This document shows positions 44,544 to 64,000 of a DNA stretch of 64,000 nt, piece after piece. Below the pieces are notes generated by a model that saw only the letters and a list, made by a program, of their open reading frames with translations, made no database searches and was not told the origin of the DNA. The position numbers were made by a program, and so were the translations under genes. Position 1 is the first letter of the stretch; the number at the start of each line of letters is the position of its first letter. Source of the stretch: Amoebidium appalachense (lineage: Eukaryota > Protista > Ichthyosporea); assembly GCA_963693365.1 (NCBI GenBank), contig CAVNZM010000003.1, forward strand, positions 13,672,914-13,736,913, given 5' to 3'.

Positions 44544-47500
44544 TCAGCACATGTTGAGCATCCCCACGGCCTTGGTGAAGAAAGAGGCAGACAGGGCCTT
44601 GGTGAACATGTCGGCCTTGTTGTCAGCAGAAGCCACCGGGACCACAGTGATGTTGCCCAGCAGGTGATGTTCCTTGACGGAGCAGTAGCGGACGTCGATG
44701 TGCTTGGTCTTGGGCTTAACCCCCAGGGTGTCCAGCAGGGCCCGGGCAGACTCATTGTCCCCATGGATGGGCACCGGGGTGGGCTCATTGATAGGATTAA
44801 GGCCCAGGTCGTCCATCACATAGTTGAGCCATAGGGCCTCGTTCGTAGCAGCAGACATGGCCACAAATTCAGCCTCAGTGGAGCTGTGGGTGGTGATGGA
44901 CTGGAGCCGAGACACCCAGGACACAGGGGAGGAGTTTATGAAGAAGACATAGCCCGTGGTGGAGCGCCGGGTGTCGCGGTCCTCGGCGTAGTCGGAGTCG
45001 GAGTAGCCAACAAGGTTGGGGGGGCCGGGACGGTAGACAATACCCAGGTCGATGGTGGCCAGCAGGTAGCTTACAACTCTGGTAGCCATAGTCCAGTGGG
45101 TGACGGTGGGCGCATGAATGTGTCGAGTAAGGACTCCCAGAGCCTGGGAAATGTCGGGGCGGGTGGTACGCGCAATCCACAGCAGGGCACCGACCAGGCT
45201 GGCATAGTCCTCCTTCTTGCTGTAGGCTGGGGTCTTGTTGCTTTCACTGGCCTGGCCCGGGACGATGGGGGTCTTGGTGCCGGACATGTGGGTGAGACGA
45301 AAACGGGCAGCCAAGTCGATGATGTGTTGACGATGGCCCAGACGCAGAGACCCGTCCTCCAGCCAGGTAAGAGTGTGCCCGATGAGCAGGGTAGGACGAC
45401 CCAGGTCCTTGGCAGAGAAACGAGCATCCAGCTTGGTGAAAAAATCGTCGATGAGCGCATCAGTGGCGGCCGTCACGGTGAAGTCATCCACGTAGGCAGC
45501 AAGGGCAATAAATGTTGGGGTCCCGGCATTCTTGATGAACAGGCACGGGTCAGCAGCACTCACAATGAAGCCTTGGTCGAGGAGATGGTCACGGAGGGCC
45601 TCATACCACTGGCGCGGTGCCTGTTTTAGGCCGTAGAGCGCCTTGTGGAGCAAGCCGACAGCATGGGGGGCCGAGGGGTTGACGAAGCCAGGGGGCTGCT
45701 CAATGTAGATGGTCTCGTTGACGGTGCCGTTGAGGAATGCTGTGTTGACGTCGATGTGGCGCAGAGGCAGACCTTGGGCCACGGAGGTAGCCAAAACCAG
45801 CCGGATGGTAGCCAGCGCAGCCACAGGTGACTCGGTGACGAAATAGTCCTGGCCAGGCTGCTGGTAGTTGCCCCGGGCCACAAGCCGGGCCTTGAAAGCA
45901 GTGACGTTGCCGACGTTGTCCTGCTTGACCGTAAAGACCCAGCCGACCGGAATGACAGTGGAGCCATCCTCTGGACGGGGCACAAGGGTGAAGGTGCCGT
46001 TGTCTTCCAGGGCCTTGAGCTCACGGTGTGCAGCCTCCTCCCATTTCAGACGCTGGGGACTCTTGAGTGCAGCCCGGACAGTCTTGGGGACAACAATGGT
46101 GGAAGCCTTGATGGGTGTTGATGCAGGAGCCGTAGCCTGGGGGGCAAGGGGGGCCGTAGCAGCAGCCACGTTGGCAGTCGGGCCTCGACGTTGGTCGTTG
46201 TACACAGCGCCACTACGGGTCGTCCGGGGGAGCCGATGTGCAGGCTCGGGCAGGATCGGAATGTCCAATTGATCACTCGGCGCTGTCCCATTGGCTGACA
46301 GACGAGACGAATCAGATTGCTGATCATTCCGGACGATGTGATTGGCTGGCTGATTTGACGAATCAGATGACTCCAAAAAATGATGAATTGCCGGTGCGGT
46401 CGACCAATCAGATGGGACATCACGGAGGGGGTGCAGAATAGCAGCCTCGTCGAACTGCACGTCACGGCTGACGGTCATCTTGTGTGCTGCTGGAATCCAG
46501 ACCTTGTAGCCCTTGATGTTAGGAGGGTAGCCCACGAAGATGCCCTTGACGGCACGAGGCGCCAGTTTCGGTGTATCCTGTTGATGGACGTAGCAGGGAG
46601 AGCCCCAGACACGGAGCCGGCTGTAGTCGGGAGGAATGCCGGTCCACAGCAGGGCGGGAGACGATTGGCTGCCGGTGGCTCGCGACGGGAGCATGTTGCG
46701 TATAAAAGCCGCGGTCACAGCTGCCTCGGCCCAGAATCCCACCGGAAGGCCGGACTGCTGCAGGAGTGCCCGAACCATGTCGAGGAGGGTCCGGTTCAGT
46801 CGTTCGGCAGTCCCATTCTGTTGAGGAGAGCCGGTGGTAGTGATCTGATGGCGAATGCCATGCTCACGGTTGTAGTCCCCGAAGGCCGTGCCCATGTACT
46901 CGCCCCCCGTCGGACTGAAACACCTGCATGGGAACACCGTGTTGGGTAACCGCCGCCTTGTGGTACGTCACATATGCAGCCAGTGTGTCCGACTTCTTGA
47001 CGAGGGGCACGGCCGTGGTGTGGCCGGTGAATTCGTCGTGGAACGTCGCCAAGTACTGAGCACCACCGATCGCGGGAGGGAAGGGGCCGCTGATGTCGCT
47101 GTGAACCTTGGCTAGGACCCGGGGAGCTTGGCTAGTTGATTCGGAGAAGGCAACACGGTGGGCTTTGCCGAGGGCACAGGGCTCACACACACCCGGAGAC
47201 TTGGCACCGCCACCCACCAACAGGCCTGCAGACTTGATGACCGAGCGTACAGCGTCAATGCCAGCATGGCCCAGACGGTAGTGCCACGTGTTGAGGTCGG
47301 CAGTAACCTTGAGGATACGCGGAGCAGTGGTGGTTTGGGCGTCCGGGGTTGTGTCCGCGCGCAGAAGAGACACCGCCATGTGGTACAGCTTGGTGCCGAC
47401 AGCCGAGCCGGTGGCCAGAATTTGATCGCCGTAGCACAACTTAACGCCGCCGCGGGTGTCAAAGCGGGGTAAAACACCGTTGGTAGTTGCCGTGAACACA

Positions 47501-48886
47501 CTGATGAGAGTGTCGGGGATGGAGGGCACGTAGAGTACATCCGTCAGCTGATGCACCGCAGTAACGCCGTCGATGGTGCTGGAAAAGAACACGTCGCCCA
47601 CCCCAAGCACTGCACATGCACCCTTGTCGGCTACTTGGACCGTGGAGTAAGGCGCCGCACGCATGTTGATGAACACATCGGGCCGGGGGCACACATGGTC
47701 AGTGGCTCCAGAGTCGAGGAGCACCTTGTTGGTGCCACAGTCGTTGCTAGACATGAGGAAAGCCCGGGGAGCGGCAGCCCCCCCCTTGCACTGTGCCGTA
47801 GTGTGGGTAGTAGAGGCAGGGTGGTTGATGCAGGACCCAGGCAGGGAGGGGACCACCCTTAGGTTTGCGGCCGTTGGCACGGTTGCCCCCCTTGCACATG
47901 GCGGTAGTGTGACTGGTAGACAGTGGGTGGTTGACGCAGGAACCCTTGGGGTAGGTGCTGGCACGGTTGTTGCCAGAGTTGCTGTGTTGGCCGTTGCCGT
48001 TGGGGCACTGAGACTTGATGTGGCCTGGTTTGCCGCAGCCGTGGCAGATGACAGGTTGAGGAGCCCGTGTGGTGAAGGCGGCCGGCCCGGAGCTGGTAGT
48101 CACACGTGCACGTGGGTGGCTGGTCTCATATGCCCGTAGCTGTTGGAGGAGGCCCATCACGGTAGGCTTGGGTGTCATCTTGTAGGCAATTACAGGCATT
48201 TCGTAGTAAGGCACCTTGCCGAGGTCGTTGGTGAGCTTGGTCAGCACTTGAGCATCACCAATTTGTGTGCCGTAATCGGCCAGGCGCCGCACGTAGCCGC
48301 GGAGTTTCATGGCGTATTTCGTCGCGGTGTCCGTAGGTTCAGGCGTAGAATTCATGTACAGCCCGATAAGGTCGTACTGATTGGCCTCAGATTGCTCCAG
48401 GTAGTGGGCAGATAGGGCCGACCATATCTCCGCAGGTGTGGTGGTGCGTGTTAACCCTAGGATACAACGCACGTCAATCGAGAGTGCTTGCCACAGGTAG
48501 GAACGGGCAGTGTCGACCTGTTCACGGGTAGCCGGGTGCTCCGTACTGGGCGCGATGGTGTGGAGAAGACCAGCACCAGAAAGCTGGACATACATGGTTT
48601 CGGCCCATGTGTGGTAGTCCGTGCCTGAATCATTATCAATGCCAGTGAAGAGAGGGATGTCGACCTTGAACTTGATGGAATCATTACGTGAGGGGCCCAT
48701 AACCCTGTTGGAAGTAGAGTCCGCTGTGACTAGGGTCGTCGTGGCGCGCTTGGGCGCTGACCCGTTTTTTACTGCTTTCAGTGTGTTAACTCCATGACTG
48801 AACTCCATGACTGAACTCCATGACTGAACTCCATGACTGAACTCCATCACTGAACTCCATGACTTAACTCCATGACTGAACTCCAT
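44544..48886 (-). CDS. Copia gag-pol polyprotein (two frameshifts in homopolymers at ~47850 and ~46905; start uncertain, inside the 5' LTR)
   Basis: CHGCGKPGHIKSQC knuckle, LLDSGATDH protease, WHYRLGH/CEPC, PQQNGTAER integrase, KARLVARG, YVDDF RT, YSDSDYAED, KHIDVRY and ADMFTKAL. Confidence 0.92.
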
Positions 48887-49040
48887 TTCTGCACCTGGCA
48901 GAGCCGTGGTTTATATACCCGTGGGGCAGCAGTCTGGAATGTAATCCGGATGCCAGGCGCTAATCGGATTGGTTACTTTCATTTAGAGATCTCTGGGACC
49001 AGTGAACCAATCGTTTGCAGTCAAAACACAATTGGCAACA
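48706..49040 (-). repeat. Copia 5' LTR (335 bp, type 1) containing a 13-bp tandem array
   Basis: TGTTGCC...TTCCAACA ends, TATATAAA at ~48912, (aactccatgactg) x7.6 at 48788-48886; abuts the PBS. Confidence 0.78.
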
Positions 49041-49190
49041 TTCCTCAACTATGCAGATGTGCATGTGGTGATCGAGTGTCAGCGTGTGTCTGTGTACACG
49101 GAACCAATTGTAAAGCTAACATACACATATTGTGGAGTGAGCGTAAGTCTGCACTCCAACAGGGGGTTCTACCAAAACCAAAATTTCCGC

Positions 49191-50730
49191 CTATACAACC
49201 CCATTTCCATTCTGTGCGACCAAAAGCGGCTGTCTCTCCGCCTCCGCTTTCGCCGCCGCTTTCGTCCTCCTCCTCCTCCTTACCGCATTCACCACCCCAA
49301 CAAACAACACACATGCACATCCTACAATCACCATCCTCAAGACATTCCTTCTCCTGGCCTCATCTTCAGTTTCCCCCTCCACAGGTTTGGAATGGTATGC
49401 AGCTAGCCCTAAGCCGACAAAGAAAAAGTTGACCGAGTAAGGAACATCGAGCAATGTTGTGGTGACGATGAGCGAGATGATTGTAATGGCCCCGTAGAGA
49501 AGCGCGCACAGGAGCGTGAGGGGACCGGAGGATAACACTGGGATATCCGCGTAGAATTTCGCCGTCGCGACCGCGGATATGCAAAATTGCAGGGTAAGGC
49601 GAGATGCGTTTATGGATATCGACCAAGTTGCGGCAAAATCAACATAGTTGGGAGAACGGATGAAGGACAGTCGAAACATTGCAATGTTTAATGCGATTCC
49701 AGAAACGAGGAGCAGGGTGGGCTCAAGAACAACGGGGGCGGAAAAGAAAACGACAGCGCCCCAAAACGCCTCAAAGGCCCAACCGACAAGAAGGGGAATG
49801 GCAATTGCTTCACGAGTTTGCATCTGTAAAAGAGGAGAATGTGTTAGTCAAACATTCCGGCAGGGGGGTGGGGGGGGGGCCAGGGAAGAGAGGGAGGGGG
49901 GGTAAGTGTTGTAACATGGGGGAAGGGGAGGGGGGGGGGGGGGGGGGGGTAAGTGTGGTAACATGGGAAATCAAGCTGGTGCAAGGATAAATCTCAAATT
50001 TGTGCATGTTCACTTGCGTACACGAACGTGTGTGCGCCTCACTATACGTGTGTGCTGTGTGTGTGTGTTGTGCTGGTTCGTAATTGCGTTTGTGTGTGTG
50101 TAAACAATTGTGTGTAGGTTGAGGGGGGAAGGGGGGGGGGGGGGGGGAAGGGGAAGATTATTTGTTTTGGGTAGTCGTAGGAACGTTCGTGGGCCAGTGC
50201 ATGCGCACGTGCACGTATGTGCAAGTTCAAGTGTGTCTGTGTCTGTGTTTCTGTGTGTCTGTGTGTGTGTGCGTGTGTGCGTGTGTGTATGTATGTGTGT
50301 GCCTCTGTGCGATCGTGTGTGCCTGCCTACATGTGTGTGTCCCGTCCCGTGTTCATGCAATTTACCTAGATGAAAATGAGTACACGGGCCTAAGGGAAAG
50401 GACAGAAACCGCAAATAGCTGACCATAGCAAACTTAATCCCCACCAGGAGCACTAACCTTACACTGGTAGCTACGAGCAAATCTTGCGGGCATAAACTGA
50501 TAGATGACCCACAGGCCCTGAAACACAAGCACACACACAACCGCAGTGGAAGCAGCGGGAGGGGTGATGGGAGTTTTGTATAGTGCCATTTTATGGTCCC
50601 CCCGACGTGTATGGAACACATAGCCAAGTGCGGTGACCATTAATGTGTAGGTGGTGAGGAGGGTGTAGCGGAGAATGTGCCCTTTGACAGGGGTCGGGGG
50701 ATCTTGGATTATTGCATGTTTTGTGTCCAT
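49191..50730 (-). CDS. Multi-pass membrane protein, TspO/tryptophan-rich-sensory-protein-like (exons 50730-50458, 49823-49191; ~301 aa)
   Basis: Phase-0 GT-AG intron; YKTPITP..VFQGLWVIYQF motif; about 8 hydrophobic helices. The family call is tentative. Confidence 0.65.
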
Positions 50731-50785
50731 GGTGCCTTATTTGCTTTCTCAACAGGTCGATGTCTGATATTAGTAGGTTGATCGA

Positions 50786-50867
50786 TACGTGGTGGAGCCT
50801 TAGAACGTGCGATGATTGTAAAGTGGTACGTGGTGGAGCCTTAGAACGTGCGATGATTGTAAAGTGG
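50786..50867. repeat. 41-bp tandem duplication upstream of the membrane-protein gene
   Basis: tacgtggtggagccttagaacgtgcgatgattgtaaagtgg x2. Confidence 0.9.
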
Positions 50868-51047
50868 CACGGATATGTGTCAGATGCCAAGACTTCGAGC
50901 AAAATGGAAAAGGAAGCTAATGAAAAGTTGTTTCAAATCCACTACTGTATGTGACAAGTTGCCCCGGGCCTTTCAACTGAAACTTTGTCGGGCTTTTTTT
51001 TTTTTTTTTTTTTTTTTTAAATGACGACACCACCGTTATAGCTGGTC

Positions 51048-51085
51048 CAAGGCCTCCTAAATACCACACCATTTAGGAGGCCTTG
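51048..51085. mobile_element. 38-bp hAT-like micro-element
   Basis: Perfect 15-bp TIRs CAAGGCCTCCTAAAT, 8-nt spacer, 8-bp TSD AGCTGGTC (51040-51047, 51086-51093). Confidence 0.8.
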
Positions 51086-52037
51086 AGCTGGTCACATGTA
51101 TGTTGACGAAACCATAAAAGGTTAGTTGTTTTTTGCATACGCAGCAGCGGATTGGTGAATTGTTCGACTAAGGTATGCATGGAATGCAAGTAGTTCACGC
51201 GGCGTTACACACGATCCGGATCCTACACCACAAACAACATGCAGAGAAACATTTCTTAGTGTCTAAGTAGGTATAGGTATCTATATATAAGGAATACATA
51301 TATTAGTGTTTATAAACTTCATGTCATTTCTCAAGTGAACAAGCCGCATGCATATGATCAAGAGGGGCCCACGTGACGATGGCTCTCCTACGAGGCTTTG
51401 CGCAAGTGAGCGCGAGGCTGATTGGCTTAGATCTGTTTTTGGATCTACTGCCAAGAGCATTAGCCAATCATAATCAATCACTTGAAATCCTCCAACCAAT
51501 TAAATGATGCATCTCTGGATACGGTGGTCCTCATATTTGCAAACTTGAGGCGATCAAACAACAAAGAGACAGAGAAAGAGGGTACAAGTTCAGTTTCGTT
51601 TCTGGTTTTGTGCTGCTTCCTAGAGCGTAAAGCAGAAGAAACAGAGATAAGGAGAGAGGAATCACCGCCTTTTTCGAACAAGGCGTGCAAAGGAAGCAAT
51701 TTTCAAGCCTGTGGAGAGCGTCTCACATGATTCTCCCACACATGTTTTATAGTGATCAGAATCTGTTGTTTGGGGAACCGTGAAAACGAAGATTGCTTAG
51801 GTGCAGTTGGCTTGGGAGTTTTCTTGACTACACCAGTCCTTCGAAGGGTTTCAGGTGAAGGCGGTCTAGATTTGCTACAGGCAGGATACATCTGCATTAC
51901 TGGCCACAAAATCCAGATCACTCTCTGGAGCCAAACAGACAACCACACACTTCTTCTGTTTGGATTCGCTCGATGTTAAGGTTCTTGTAGTCCTTGTCTC
52001 GCTAGTAGCCCTATGCGGTTTGAAACATCCAGCAAAA

Positions 52038-62994
<10,957 letters not shown>

Positions 62995-62999
62995 GTAAG

Positions 63000-63038
<39 letters not shown>

Positions 63039-63522
63039 ATGCTAATGGTGCTGTTATAAAAACTGTGTTCCGTATACGAGGGTAAGGAGTTGACCCTTAT
63101 ATGTATGTATTGGCGTGTCCCCCCCCCCCCCTCCCCCCCCCCCCACCACCACCACCACCACCCCACCCCCACCCCACCCCCCCCCCCCCCCCCCCCCCCG
63201 ATAATCGGTTATTTTTAACTCTCATACTTGTCATGTGTTTCTGATGTTGCATACTTCGATCTTTGCTCCTTGCCTGTGTCCTGCATCGTGTTTCTCATCG
63301 TGTAGTTGTGCTTCGTCCCGTGTTCCGTATTCTTCCCCCCCCCCCCCCCCCCCCCCCCCGCCTTTTTTCCCCCGAGTATGACCGTCGTTTGCTGTGAAAT
63401 TACAACCCGTGGTCTTATCATTATACTCTTATGTGGGCTTTAGACATGCGAAAAAAAATGTCTCCCCCTCCCCCCCCCCCCCCTCCACCCCCCTTCCCGC
63501 ACCCATTTCCGCCCCCCCCCCC

Positions 63523-63635
<113 letters not shown>

Positions 63636-63743
63636 ACACACCCACTGACAACCCCAACCCCAACCCCCAACCCCTCCATTCCACTCCTCCATTCCACTCT
63701 GCCAGCCGGCTCTTCAGTCTCGGAAGGCTTTTTTTTTTTTTTT

Positions 63744-63785
<42 letters not shown>

Positions 63786-64000
63786 GGGGGAGGGGAGAAG
63801 GGGTTGGATATTGATAGCAGTAGCATGGACTGCGCATACTGATTATACATATATTTTCCTATGTTAAACACATGCACACACTCACACAATGCATTGGAAC
63901 ATAGACACAAATCCGTGGCCACTCACACACATAAACACACACACACACACACACACACTTACAACCATACACGCACACATACGTACACATACACACACAC

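Larger units (their letters stand above)
43593..49040 (-). mobile_element. Ty1/Copia LTR retrotransposon
   Basis: Domain order gag-PR-IN-RT-RNase H; half-tRNA-iMet PBS GGGTTATGGGCCC at 48705-48693. Confidence 0.93.

Noticed and set aside
46890-47870. Programmed ribosomal frameshifts in the Copia polyprotein
   Set aside because: Both shifts fall in G/C homopolymers, one within the integrase core motif SDGGGEY, and the window shows many homopolymer-length problems; error or mutation is more likely.
48788-48886. CRISPR-like array (also considered for 5564-5702)
   Set aside because: These are head-to-tail tandem repeats without unique spacers, in a eukaryotic context with no cas genes.

Overview
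Eukaryotic, intron-rich, microsatellite- and homopolymer-rich genomic DNA. It is probably from a protist, but the organism cannot be determined from the sequence. Most ORFs in the track are shadow or low-complexity artefacts. The first ~30 kb is a nest of mobile DNA. It contains a degenerate APE+RT LINE (1-1700, minus) and an RT-deleted Ngaro-type tyrosine-recombinase retroelement with split direct repeats (2253-5134), plus a second fragment of that family (21205-22539). It also contains a ~14.5 kb endogenous Polinton-like virus (6673-21204) encoding an A32 packaging ATPase, a major capsid protein, a VLTF3-like gene and a protein-primed PolB. The viral polymerase is split by a very recent 663-bp TRIM-type mini LTR retrotransposon whose two 291-bp LTRs each carry a complete tRNA-like Pol III gene; this tRNA analogue of the 5S-carrying Cassandra TRIMs is the most novel-looking system here. 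Further right are a pogo-like cargo MITE and a Ty1/Copia element with mismatched LTRs, which ends in a perfect 72-bp palindrome made of two head-to-head copies of the tRNA-iMet half primer. Several MITEs and host genes follow: a GH27 alpha-galactosidase, a Sho1-like 4TM protein, a TspO-like membrane protein and a SHOCT + alpha-kinase gene whose catalytic residues are all substituted.
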